The notes beneath the pieces are model-generated. The model was given only the letters and a program-made list of their open reading frames with translations, was not told the DNA's origin and made no database searches. From positions 1,307 through 65,306 of the forward strand of contig VGES01000018.1 of NCBI GenBank assembly GCA_016869765.1: a stretch of 64,000 nt of DNA. The letters are read 5' to 3'. Below, piece by piece: positions 39,769 to 49,520 of the stretch (its first letter is position 1; each line of letters begins with the position of its first letter). This stretch comes from Alphaproteobacteria bacterium (GTDB taxonomy: Bacteria; Pseudomonadota; Alphaproteobacteria; SHVP01). The position numbers were made by a program, and so were the translations under genes.

Positions 39769-40910
39769 CCGCCGCCGCGAAACCCGCCTCGGTGATGCCC
39801 CCGATCGCCTTCGTCGATCTCGCTGCGCAGCGCAAACGCATCGGGGGGGCGATCGACGCCGCCGTCGTCAAGGTTCTCGCCCACGGCCAGTACATCATGG
39901 GTCCCGAAGTGGCCGCCCTCGAACGGGCGTTGGCGGCGTTCTGTGGCGCCAAACACGTCGTGAGCTGTGCGAGCGGCACCGACGCCCTGGTGCTGCCGCT
40001 GATGGCCTACGGCATCGGACGCGGCGACGCGGTCTATGTCCCGAGTTTCACGTTCGCGGCCTCGGCCGAGGTCGTCGCCCTGGTGGGCGCGACGCCCATC
40101 TTCGTCGACGTGCTCGCCGACAGCTTCAACCTCGACCCCGCGAGCCTCGCCGAGGCGATCGAGGGGACGCCCAAGCACTTGAAGCCGAGGGCCGTTATGC
40201 CAGTCGACCTTTTCGGCCAACCCGCCGATTACAATGCGATCGAGGCAATCGCGCGCGATCGCAACCTGATCGTGATCTGCGATGCGGCCCAGAGCTTCGG
40301 CGCCAGCTACCGCGGACGCAAGGTGGGCAGCATCGGCCACGTCACCGGAACGAGTTTCTTCCCGGCCAAGCCGCTCGGTTGTTACGGCGACGGTGGGGCG
40401 GTCTTCACCGACGACGAGGCGCTCGCCCATCGCATGCGCTCGCTGCGCGTCCACGGACAGGGCAGCAACAAATACGAAAACGTAGCGATCGGCCTGAACG
40501 CCCGCCTCGATACGATCCAAGCCGCGATCCTGATCGAAAAACTCAAGATCTTCCCCGAGGAGATTGCCGCACGCGACGCCGTCGCCACGCGCTATCAACG
40601 GGGTCTCGGCAATGCCGTCGCCACACCTCCGGTGCTGCCAGGCAACACCTCGGTATGGGCGCAATACACGGTCAAGCTCGGCGATCGCGACCGGCTGGCC
40701 AATACCCTCAAAGCTGCCGGTGTGCCCACCGCGGTCTACTACCCCGCCCCGCTACACCGTCAGCCGGCATATCGCGACTTTCCCTCGGCGCCAGGCGGAG
40801 CGCCGGTTTCGGACGATCTCTCGCGCTCGGTTTTGAGCCTGCCCATGCACCCCTACCTGGAGACGACCACCCAGGACCGCATCGTGGCGGCGGTGCGCGG
40901 GGCGCCGTAG
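39764..40910 (+). CDS. DegT/DnrJ/EryC1/StrS-family PLP-dependent aminotransferase (WbpE/WlbC-like)
   Basis: It has the PLP aminotransferase fold with the Lys region ([24 protein letters not shown]). The probable GTG start overlaps the TGA of the upstream fusion gene. Confidence 0.8.
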
Positions 40911-40917
40911 CGGCGAC

Positions 40918-41712
40918 GTGGTGAGCGCCTCGATCGGGGACGATCAACGCTTCGCCTTCGGCGAGAATTGGCGACTTTTTCTCGAGACCATCGACGAGGC
41001 TCGAATCACGGCGGCCGAGCGTTCGCTGCGCTCGATGCTGCAGGTCGACCGACTCGACGGTCGATCGTTTCTCGATATCGGTTGCGGCAGTGGGCTGTTC
41101 TCGCTCGCCGCCCGTAACCTCGGGGCGACCGTGCATTCCTTCGATCGCGACCCGCGGTCCGTCGCATGCGCTGAAGAATTGAAGCGACGCTACCGCAGCG
41201 CCGACGCACAGTGGACGATCACCGTCGGCGATGCCCTCCTCGAGGCGAGCGGTCCGACCTACGACGTGGTCTATTCCTGGGGGGTGCTGCACCACACCGG
41301 GGACCTGTGGCGCGCCCTCGAACTCGCCGGACGACGCGTCAAAGGGGATGGGCATCTCTTCGTCGCGCTCTACAACGACCAGGGCTGGCTCAGCCGTTAC
41401 TGGTCGCTCGTCAAACGCCTCTACGGCAGCGGTGGGATCGGGCGAGCGATTGCCGTCGCTGTCCATGCCCCGTACTTCGTCGGCTTGCGCTCGTTGCTCC
41501 GTTTGCTCCGCAGGCAAGGTCCACTGCCCCGTGGCATGTCGCTGTGGCGCGATTTGCACGATTGGCTCGGCGGCTGGCCGTTCGAGGTCGCCTCGCCAGC
41601 AGCCGTCGTACGTTTCTGCCGTGAACGCGCGTTGATTCCGGTTCGCGTCTTGACCGCCGGTCGACGCCACGGCTGCAACGAGTTCGTCTTCCGTCGAAGT
41701 GATCTGGGCTGA
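40918..41712 (+). CDS. class I SAM-dependent methyltransferase
   Basis: It has SAM-binding motif I (LDIGCGSGLFSLAA) and lies inside the sugar-nucleotide island. Confidence 0.65.
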   Translation: MVSASIGDDQRFAFGENWRLFLETIDEARITAAERSLRSMLQVDRLDGRSFLDIGCGSGLFSLAARNLGATVHSFDRDPRSVACAEELKRRYRSADAQWTITVGDALLEASGPTYDVVYSWGVLHHTGDLWRALELAGRRVKGDGHLFVALYNDQGWLSRYWSLVKRLYGSGGIGRAIAVAVHAPYFVGLRSLLRLLRRQGPLPRGMSLWRDLHDWLGGWPFEVASPAAVVRFCRERALIPVRVLTAGRRHGCNEFVFRRSDLG

Positions 41713-41714
41713 TC

Positions 41715-43637
41715 ATGTGCGGAATCGCCGGAGTCCTGGACTTTCGCCGACGTTGGACGCCCGAGCAGCTCGGCCGGCTGGCCCAGACCATGGCCGACAC
41801 CATGGTCCATCGCGGACCCGACGATTCGGGGGTGTGGAGCGCCCCCGGCGTCGGCTTCGGTCATCGTCGGCTGTCGATCATCGATCTGTCGCCGACGGGC
41901 CATCAGCCGATGATCGCGGCGAGCGGCCGCCATGTGATCTGTTACAACGGCGAGGTCTTCAACGCCGACGACCTCAAGCGCGATCTCGAAGCGCGGGGTG
42001 TTCGGTTTCGTGGCCATTCCGATACCGAAGTGATCCTCGAAGGCTGCGCCGCCTGGGGTGTCGAGGCCTGCGTGCGACGCCTCATCGGGATGTTTGCCTT
42101 CGCCTATTGGGATGGCGAAGAACAGGCCCTGTGGCTCGTGCGCGACCGCCTGGGCATCAAACCGCTCTACTGGGCGCGCACCGAGGGTGGCCTCGTATTC
42201 GGCTCGGAGCTGCGCAGTCTGCGCGCCCATCCCGACTTCCGCGCCGTCGTCGATCGCCGCGCCGTCGTCGAACTCCTCCGCTACAACTACGTGCCCGGCG
42301 ACTGCGCGATCTTCGCCGGCACCGAAAAGCTGAAGCCGGGTCACTGGTTGCGCGTCGCCGAGGACGGCGCGGTGACGTCGGGTTGCTTCTGGGACCTGCG
42401 CGCCATCATCGCGGAATCCTTGCCGCGAAAGCCGGTGAGCGAGGCCGAAGCGGTGGAGCGCACCGAGGCGTTGATGAGCGACGCGGTCCGGCGGCGGCTG
42501 GTGGCCGACGTGCCGCTCGGGGCCTTCCTTTCGGGCGGTATCGACTCGAGCACCGTGGTCGCGCTGATGCAGAAGCACAGCAGCCAACGGGTCAAGACAT
42601 TTACCGTCGGCTTCGACGTCGGGGCCTATGATGAGTCCGCCCATGCCGCTGCGGTCGCGGCTCACCTCGGGACCGAACACACGATGTTGCGGACCGACGG
42701 CCCCGCCGCGCGCGCCCTCGTTCCGGCGATTGCCGATTGGTTCGACGAGCCGTTTGCCGATGCCTCGCAGGTCCCCACCTACCTCGTCTCGCAGCTCACC
42801 CGGCGCCACGTCACGGTGGCCCTCTCGGGCGACGGCGGCGATGAGTTGTTCGCGGGCTACACCCGCTACCTCTGGACCCATGATTTGCGCCGCTCGCTCT
42901 CTCCTTTGCCGCACCCCGTTCGGCGGCTGGGGGCCCAGGCCTTGAAGCTGTTCCCACCACACGTCTGGGACCAGATGGCGCGACTGTTGCCGAAGAAGAT
43001 TCGGCCACCGCAGTTCGGCGAACGGCTGCACAAGGTGGCCGACATCATGCCGGCGACCTCGGTCGACGAGATCTACCGCCGCTTGACGTCCGTTTGGCTC
43101 GAGCCGGAGCGCGGCGTCCTCCAGGGTATGCCCGGGCGTACCGTCGAGCCCCCGCCGTTCCCCGATCCGACCGACCGGATGCAGTATCTCGACACCGTGG
43201 GGTACCTGCCGGACGACATCCTGACGAAGGTCGACCGCACGAGCATGGCGGTGAGCCTCGAGGCGCGCGTGCCCCTACTCGATCACCGTCTGGTCGAACT
43301 CGTCTGGCAGTTCCCTCCGGAGATCAAGATCCGTCACGGCCAGGGCAAGTGGCTGCTGCGCCAGATCCTCTACAAACACGTGCCCCGCGCCTTGATGGAA
43401 CGCCCGAAACAAGGCTTCGCTGCGCCGATCGGAGACTGGTTGCGCGGCCCGTTGCGCGACTGGGGCGAAACGCTGCTCGACGAACGTCGGCTGCGCCAGG
43501 AGGGATACTTCGAACCAGCCGCGTTGCGGACATTGTGGGACGAACACCAGAGTGGCCGGCGCAATCGACAGTATCAGCTCTGGGGACCGTTGATGTTCCA
43601 GGCTTGGCTCGAACGCTGGCGGCCGGCGGCCCCATGA
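41715..43637 (+). CDS. asparagine synthase (glutamine-hydrolysing)-like amidotransferase (WbpS-like)
   Basis: It has an N-terminal MCGIAGV Ntn glutaminase domain and the SGGIDSS PP-loop of the synthetase domain. It is 640 aa. Confidence 0.85.
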   Translation: MCGIAGVLDFRRRWTPEQLGRLAQTMADTMVHRGPDDSGVWSAPGVGFGHRRLSIIDLSPTGHQPMIAASGRHVICYNGEVFNADDLKRDLEARGVRFRGHSDTEVILEGCAAWGVEACVRRLIGMFAFAYWDGEEQALWLVRDRLGIKPLYWARTEGGLVFGSELRSLRAHPDFRAVVDRRAVVELLRYNYVPGDCAIFAGTEKLKPGHWLRVAEDGAVTSGCFWDLRAIIAESLPRKPVSEAEAVERTEALMSDAVRRRLVADVPLGAFLSGGIDSSTVVALMQKHSSQRVKTFTVGFDVGAYDESAHAAAVAAHLGTEHTMLRTDGPAARALVPAIADWFDEPFADASQVPTYLVSQLTRRHVTVALSGDGGDELFAGYTRYLWTHDLRRSLSPLPHPVRRLGAQALKLFPPHVWDQMARLLPKKIRPPQFGERLHKVADIMPATSVDEIYRRLTSVWLEPERGVLQGMPGRTVEPPPFPDPTDRMQYLDTVGYLPDDILTKVDRTSMAVSLEARVPLLDHRLVELVWQFPPEIKIRHGQGKWLLRQILYKHVPRALMERPKQGFAAPIGDWLRGPLRDWGETLLDERRLRQEGYFEPAALRTLWDEHQSGRRNRQYQLWGPLMFQAWLERWRPAAP

Positions 43638-44791
43638 CCGTGCGACTCCTGATGGTGCTGAACGATGCGCCGTTCTTCGTCTCGCATCGTCTGCCCATCG
43701 CGCGGGCCGCCAAGGCGGCGGGGATCGAAGTCCACATCGCCGTTCGCCACGACGAAGAGGCCGTGGCCGTGATGCGACGCGAGGGCTTCACCCACCACGA
43801 CCTGCCGCTCGAGCGCGGTTCGCGACGCTTGGGCGGCGAACTCGCGTTGATCGCCACGCTGTGGCGGCTGATGCGCGACCTGAAGCCCGATGTCGTGCAT
43901 GCGGTCACGATGAAGCCGGTGATCTACGGCGGCTTCGTCGCGCGGCTGCTCGGTGTCCCGGCGGTGGTGCATGCGATCACCGGTCTCGGCTATCTGTTCC
44001 TGATCGAAGGGCTCGGCGCCCGCCTGCAGCGCTTTCTGGTCAAAACGCTCTATCGATTTGCGTTGGGACACGGTAACAGCCGCGCGATCTTCCAGAACCC
44101 CGATGACCTCGGCCTGTTTCGCGCCAGCCATCTCGTCGACGACCGTCGCGTCCGCATGATCAAGGGCTGCGGGATCGACATGACCCGCTATCAGCCCTTG
44201 CCCGAACCTCCTGGACCGGTGGTCGTGACCTTCCCGGCACGCATCCTGGGCGACAAGGGCGTCCACGAGTTCGTCGGCGCGGCGCGACAACTTCGTGCCG
44301 AGGGCGTCGCAGCGCGCTTCGTCCTGGTCGGCCGGACGGACCCGGACAACCCCACCGACGTGGGCGAAACGGGCATTCGCGCCTGGGAGCGGGAGGGAAT
44401 CGTCCAGTGGCAGGGCTATTCGCGCGACATGGTCGAAACTTTCCGCCAGTGCCACATCGTGTGCATGCCGTCCTACCGCGAGGGCTTGCCGCGGGTATTG
44501 ATCGAGGCCGCGGCTTGCGGACGAGCGATCGTGACTGCCGATGTGCCGGGTTGCCGCGAGGTCGTTCGCGAGGGCGAGAACGGCTTTCTCGTGCCGGTTC
44601 GCGACACCGAGGCAACGGCCGTGGCTTTGCGGCGGCTGATCCTGGACGAGACCCTGCGTCAGCGAATGGCGGCCCGCGGCCGGGCGATGGTCGAACACGA
44701 GTTTTCCGAACCGGAGTTCGTCGCCCGTTCCTTTGCGGTCTATCGCGAGGTCTGTCCGGCATTTCCCGCCGCGACGGGCACTCATCCCTGA
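43634..44791 (+). CDS. glycosyltransferase family 4 (GT-B)
   Basis: The ATG at 43634 overlaps the asnB-like stop. It has the GT4 C-terminal EX7E region (PSYREGLPRVLIEAAACGRAIVTADVPGCREVV). The 565-aa ORF in the track is over-extended upstream. Confidence 0.75.
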   Translation: MTVRLLMVLNDAPFFVSHRLPIARAAKAAGIEVHIAVRHDEEAVAVMRREGFTHHDLPLERGSRRLGGELALIATLWRLMRDLKPDVVHAVTMKPVIYGGFVARLLGVPAVVHAITGLGYLFLIEGLGARLQRFLVKTLYRFALGHGNSRAIFQNPDDLGLFRASHLVDDRRVRMIKGCGIDMTRYQPLPEPPGPVVVTFPARILGDKGVHEFVGAARQLRAEGVAARFVLVGRTDPDNPTDVGETGIRAWEREGIVQWQGYSRDMVETFRQCHIVCMPSYREGLPRVLIEAAACGRAIVTADVPGCREVVREGENGFLVPVRDTEATAVALRRLILDETLRQRMAARGRAMVEHEFSEPEFVARSFAVYREVCPAFPAATGTHP

Positions 44792-44813
44792 CAGCATTTT
44801 GGTATAAGCGGCC

Positions 44814-45821
44814 ATGCACTGGCCGACGTTGATGATCGCCGGGATCGCCTTTCTCGCTGCTGCCGCAGCGACCCGCTTCTTCATTCCCGTGCTCAAGGCG
44901 ATGGCGGTCCTCGATCATCCCAACGATCGCTCCAGTCACGAGACCGCAACCCCCCGCGGCGCCGGTCTGGCGATCGTCGCCGTCGTCGCATCGGCGTGGC
45001 TGGCGCTGGCGATCGATGGCGAAACCGATGAGCTTTGGCGCATCGCCGGCTTGATCGCCGCCGCGATCGTGCTGACCGTGATCTCCTGGGTCGACGATCG
45101 TCGCGGCCTGCCCGCCATTCGCCGCCTCGTCGTTCAGGCCGTTGCCGTCACGGCGGGCCTCTTGGCGCTCAGTGAGCCAGGGCGCACGTTTCAAGGCCTC
45201 CTTCCCCTCCCGCTCGACCTCGCGCTCACAGCATTGCTCTGGCTGTGGTTCGTCAACCTCACGAACTTCATGGATGGAATCGACGGCATCACCGGCGTCG
45301 AACTCGGCGCTATCGCCGCGGGCATGATCGTGCTCGCCGTCCTCGGCAGCGCAGGCACACTCGACGTCCTCGGCATCTATTCTGCCGGCCTGTTCGGGGC
45401 CGTCGCCGGGTTCCTGGTGTGGAACTGGTCGCCGGCCAAGGTGTTCTTGGGCGATTCCGGCAGCGTGCCGCTCGGGTTTCTGACCGGTTGGTTGTTGCTC
45501 GAACTCGCCGCCGCTGGTGCGTGGGCCGCCGCGCTGATCTTGCCCGCCTATTACCTGGGCGACGCCACGATCACGCTCCTCCGCCGGATCCTGCGGCGTG
45601 AGCGCCTCACCCAGGCCCACCGATCACACTTCTACCAGCAGGCGGCGCAGCGATGGCAGTCCCATGCCCGCGTGTCGCTCGTGATCCTCGCCCTCAACGC
45701 GATCTTGATCGCTCTGGCGGCGTGGTCGTCCATACAACCGTGGTGGGCGCTCGTGCTCGCAACCGCTTCGACCCTCGCGGTGTTCGCCGTGTTTCGCGAT
45801 CGGGCCGGGGACAAGCCATGA
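44814..45821 (+). CDS. polyprenyl-phosphate N-acetylhexosamine-1-phosphate transferase (MraY/WecA/WbpL family)
   Basis: It has about ten TM helices and the DDxxGLP-like and NFMDGIDG motifs of GT family 4 initiating transferases. Confidence 0.75.
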   Translation: MHWPTLMIAGIAFLAAAAATRFFIPVLKAMAVLDHPNDRSSHETATPRGAGLAIVAVVASAWLALAIDGETDELWRIAGLIAAAIVLTVISWVDDRRGLPAIRRLVVQAVAVTAGLLALSEPGRTFQGLLPLPLDLALTALLWLWFVNLTNFMDGIDGITGVELGAIAAGMIVLAVLGSAGTLDVLGIYSAGLFGAVAGFLVWNWSPAKVFLGDSGSVPLGFLTGWLLLELAAAGAWAAALILPAYYLGDATITLLRRILRRERLTQAHRSHFYQQAAQRWQSHARVSLVILALNAILIALAAWSSIQPWWALVLATASTLAVFAVFRDRAGDKP

Positions 45822-47734
45822 CACCTCCAGGAACGATGCCTTCTGGCTGGCTACCGGCGCGACGCATCCTCGTCGTGGCGTTCCACGACGTATTCATGGC
45901 CGCGCTCGCGTTCGAGATCACGGTGTGGCTGCGCTACCTCACCTACGGTAGCCCGCAGGAGGTGTTCTTTCTCTGGGAAGGCACCTTGCTGTTTGCCGCG
46001 ATCGCCGCGGTCACCTTCTGGTGGAACGGCCTCTATCGCGGCATCTGGCACTACGCCTCGCTCTCCGACCTATGGGCCATCGCCCGGGCCGTGACGTTCG
46101 CGATACTCGCCTTCCTGCCGATCATGTTTGCCCTGACGCGCCTCGACGCCTTTCCGCGCTCGGGCGTGTTCATCCTGTGGCCGGTGCTGTTCGTGCTGCT
46201 CGGCGGGCCCAGGCTTCTGTACCGGCTGCTCAAGGACCGAAATCTCAACGCCGTGTTCGAGCGGAACGACCAGCGCGTTCCCGTGCTGCTTGTCGGCGCC
46301 GGGGACTTGGCTGAAACATTCCTGCGCGAAATGAGCCGACCCCGAAGCGCCTATCGCGTCGTCGGCATCGTCGATGACAAGCCCGGTCGAGTCGGTCGCG
46401 ACATCCGGGGCATCCGCGTGCTCGGCACCCTGAGCGACGTTCCGTCGGTCGCCGACGCGCTGACCAAGCGCGGACGGCGACCACAACGCATCATTGTCGC
46501 GACCGATCGCCTCGACCCGGCGGTCCTGTCTGCTCTGGTCGATCGTGGGCGGGAACTCGGCATGGCCGTTGCGCGACTCCCCCGCCTGACCGAGTTCGCC
46601 GAGGACAATGCGGGGCGTGTCGCGTTTCACGGCGGCAGCGCCCAGATTCGGCCCGTGGCGGTCGAGGATTTGCTCGGCCGCCCGCAGCGCGTACTGGATC
46701 GCGCCGCCATGCAAGCGCTGATCGGTGGGCGCACGGTGTTGGTGACCGGGGCTGGCGGCACGATCGGCTCGGAACTCTGCCGCCAGATCGCGGCTTTGGC
46801 GCCGCGGCGTCTCGTACTGGTGGACCACGGCGAATACGCGCTCTACTTGATCGATCTCGAGATGGCCGAGGGGTTCTCGAACCTGCCCCGCCGAAGTGTT
46901 CTCGCCGACGTGCGCGACCCGCTCCGCGTCTCGGCGATCCTCGCCGAGGAACGTCCCGACGTCGTGTTCCACGCCGCCGCGTACAAGCATGTGCCCTTGT
47001 CCGAGGCCAATCCCGAAGAGGCCGTGCTGACCAATGTCCGGGGCACGCAGGCGGTGGCGGAGGCCTGCGGTCGGCAGGGGATCACCACCATGGTCCTGGT
47101 GTCGACCGATAAGGCGGTCGATCCGACGAGCATTATGGGCGTCTCCAAGCGTGTCGCCGAACTGTGTTGCCAGATCGCGAGCACGGCGTTTCCGAAGACT
47201 CGCTTCGTCACTGTGCGGTTCGGCAACGTCCTCGGATCGACCGGGTCGGTGGTTCCCCTCTTCCAACGTCAGATTGCTGCCGGCGGTCCGGTCACCGTGA
47301 CCCACCCCGAAGCGACCCGCTATTTCATGACGACGCGGGAGGCCGTGGAACTCATCCTGCAGGCCAGCGCGTCTCACGACGCGAACGGCGCAGCACGCGT
47401 GTATGTCCTCGACATGGGCGAGCCGATCAAGATCGTCGATCTTGCCCGCCAGATGATTCATCTCGCCGGCCTGCGCCCCGAACGCGACATCGTGATCACG
47501 TACAGCGGGTTGCGTCCGGGGGAAAAGCTGCACGAACGGCTGTTCAGCGAGCGGGAGCCGCCGGTCAAGACCTCGCACGACGGCATCCTGCTCGCTGCAG
47601 CGCCAGCGGTCGATGCAGGGAAACTCGTCGGCACGATCGACCGGCTGATCGAGGCCGCCCGCCACCACGACGCGGCCGCGACGCTCGTCCTGCTACGTGA
47701 AATTGTTCCCGAATATCGGGCTCGAGACGCCTAG
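45818..47734 (+). CDS. membrane-anchored polysaccharide biosynthesis protein CapD/WbpM-like (UDP-GlcNAc 4,6-dehydratase family)
   Basis: The ATG at 45818 overlaps the upstream stop. It has four N-terminal TM helices, a Rossmann motif (VLVTGAGGTIGSEL) and the SDR YxxxK (AAAYKHVP). The 693-aa ORF in the track over-extends upstream. Confidence 0.85.
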   Translation: MTPPGTMPSGWLPARRILVVAFHDVFMAALAFEITVWLRYLTYGSPQEVFFLWEGTLLFAAIAAVTFWWNGLYRGIWHYASLSDLWAIARAVTFAILAFLPIMFALTRLDAFPRSGVFILWPVLFVLLGGPRLLYRLLKDRNLNAVFERNDQRVPVLLVGAGDLAETFLREMSRPRSAYRVVGIVDDKPGRVGRDIRGIRVLGTLSDVPSVADALTKRGRRPQRIIVATDRLDPAVLSALVDRGRELGMAVARLPRLTEFAEDNAGRVAFHGGSAQIRPVAVEDLLGRPQRVLDRAAMQALIGGRTVLVTGAGGTIGSELCRQIAALAPRRLVLVDHGEYALYLIDLEMAEGFSNLPRRSVLADVRDPLRVSAILAEERPDVVFHAAAYKHVPLSEANPEEAVLTNVRGTQAVAEACGRQGITTMVLVSTDKAVDPTSIMGVSKRVAELCCQIASTAFPKTRFVTVRFGNVLGSTGSVVPLFQRQIAAGGPVTVTHPEATRYFMTTREAVELILQASASHDANGAARVYVLDMGEPIKIVDLARQMIHLAGLRPERDIVITYSGLRPGEKLHERLFSEREPPVKTSHDGILLAAAPAVDAGKLVGTIDRLIEAARHHDAAATLVLLREIVPEYRARDA

Positions 47735-47811
47735 CGGTGGGCGACTGCGGCGACGCCCGGTTTTACGCTATGGTGCGGCGCTCACCGCCGACCGCCACTC
47801 CGAGGTAATCC

Positions 47812-49398
47812 ATGTCCGAGACCCCGATCAAACGGGCGCTTCTTTCCGTGTCCGACAAGAGCGGCCTGATCGATTTCGCGAAGGCGCTCGCCCGCCACGG
47901 GGTCGAGTTGGTCTCGACCGGGGGGTCGGCACGGACGTTGCGTGACGCGGGGCTCGCCGTGCGCGAGGTCGCCGAACTCACGGGCTTCCCGGAGATGCTC
48001 GACGGACGGGTCAAGACCCTGCACCCCAAGGTGCACGGCGGACTCCTTGGCCGGCGCGACAAAGCCGACCACCGCGACGCCATGGCGCAACACGGCATCG
48101 GCGCCATCGACCTGGTCGTCGTCAATCTCTACCCGTTCGAGGCGACGGTCGCAGCCGGAGCGGCCTTCGACGATTGCATCGAAAACATCGACATCGGCGG
48201 CCCGGCGATGATCCGCTCCGCGGCCAAGAACCACGCCTTCGTGACGGTCCTGGTCGACCCGGCGGACTACCCCGCGGTCTCGAGCGAGATGGAGCGATCG
48301 GGTGGCGCCACCTCGCCGGAACTTCGCCGCAGGCTCGCGGCCAAGGCCTACGCCCGAACCGGCGCCTACGATGCGGCAATCGCCGGTTGGTTCGCCGGCC
48401 AACTCGGGGAGATGTTCCCCGAACGTCTGGTGGTTGCCGGAGAGCGCCGTCAGTTGCTGCGCTACGGCGAAAACCCGCACCAACAGGCCGCGTTCTATGT
48501 CACCGGCGAGCGACGCTTCGGCATCGCAACGGCCGAGCAGGTGCAAGGCAAAGAACTCTCCTACAACAACCTCAACGACACCGACGCCGCCTTCGAACTG
48601 GTGGCCGAGTTGGCCGGTTTCCAGAAGCCCGCCGTGGCCATCATCAAACACGCCAACCCGTGCGGCGCGGCGCTGGGGGATTCCCTCGTTACCGCCTATC
48701 GCAAGGCGCTCGCTTGCGATCCGGTGAGTGCCTTCGGCGGAATCGTCGCGTTCAACGGTCCGATCGACGGGGCAACGGCGGAGGAGGTCACCAAGGTTTT
48801 TACCGAGGTCGTCATCGCTCCGGCCGCCGATGCCGACGCCCGGGCCGTCTTCGCCAAAAAGAAGAACCTGCGCCTGCTCGTGACCGGCGGGTTGCCCGAT
48901 CCCGGTGCCGCGGGGATGACGCTGCGCACGGTGGCCGGTGGTTACCTGTTGCAAAGCCGCGACGCGGGCCGGGTTCGGGCGAGTGAACTGAAGACTGCGA
49001 CGAAACGGGCGCCGTCGCCGCGCGAGCTCGAGGACCTGTTGTTCGCCTTTGCCGTCGCCAAGCACGTCAAGTCGAACGCCATCGTCTATGCCCGCGAGCA
49101 GGCAACCGTCGGGATCGGCGCCGGTCAGATGAGTCGGCTCGACTCTTCGCGCATCGCCGCGCGCAAGTCGGACGATGCCGCCAAGGCCATGGGCCTTCCC
49201 GTGCCTCTCGCCAAGGGATCGGTGGTGGCATCGGACGCGTTTTTCCCGTTTGCCGATGGTCTACTCGCGGCCGCTGAAGCGGGCGCCACCGCCGTGATCC
49301 AGCCCGGCGGCTCGATGCGCGACGACGAGGTCGTGGCTGCCGCCGACCAGGCGGGATTGGCCATGGTGCTGACGGGCATGCGCCACTTCCGCCACTAG
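47812..49398 (+). CDS. purH: bifunctional AICAR transformylase/IMP cyclohydrolase
   Basis: It has the MGS-like N-terminus ([13 protein letters not shown]...STGGSA) and the AICARFT domain. It is 528 aa. Confidence 0.92.
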   Translation: MSETPIKRALLSVSDKSGLIDFAKALARHGVELVSTGGSARTLRDAGLAVREVAELTGFPEMLDGRVKTLHPKVHGGLLGRRDKADHRDAMAQHGIGAIDLVVVNLYPFEATVAAGAAFDDCIENIDIGGPAMIRSAAKNHAFVTVLVDPADYPAVSSEMERSGGATSPELRRRLAAKAYARTGAYDAAIAGWFAGQLGEMFPERLVVAGERRQLLRYGENPHQQAAFYVTGERRFGIATAEQVQGKELSYNNLNDTDAAFELVAELAGFQKPAVAIIKHANPCGAALGDSLVTAYRKALACDPVSAFGGIVAFNGPIDGATAEEVTKVFTEVVIAPAADADARAVFAKKKNLRLLVTGGLPDPGAAGMTLRTVAGGYLLQSRDAGRVRASELKTATKRAPSPRELEDLLFAFAVAKHVKSNAIVYAREQATVGIGAGQMSRLDSSRIAARKSDDAAKAMGLPVPLAKGSVVASDAFFPFADGLLAAAEAGATAVIQPGGSMRDDEVVAAADQAGLAMVLTGMRHFRH

Positions 49399-49520
49399 TT
49401 CACCGTTGCGTTAACCGGAATCTTGCGGGCGCCCGTTCTGCGCCTGCGCTAGACTGCGCGGCGGGCCATTCGCGCCCGTCAACAATCCGCGACGCGCCAG
49501 ATAGGAGTCAGGGGGCAAGC

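Noticed and set aside
47735-47811. Possible ZTP (pfl) riboswitch upstream of purH
   Set aside because: The intergenic region is only 77 nt and lacks the conserved GGGTCGTGACTGGCG and CCGGGCGCC pseudoknot elements. Only a loose CGCCCGG resemblance is present.
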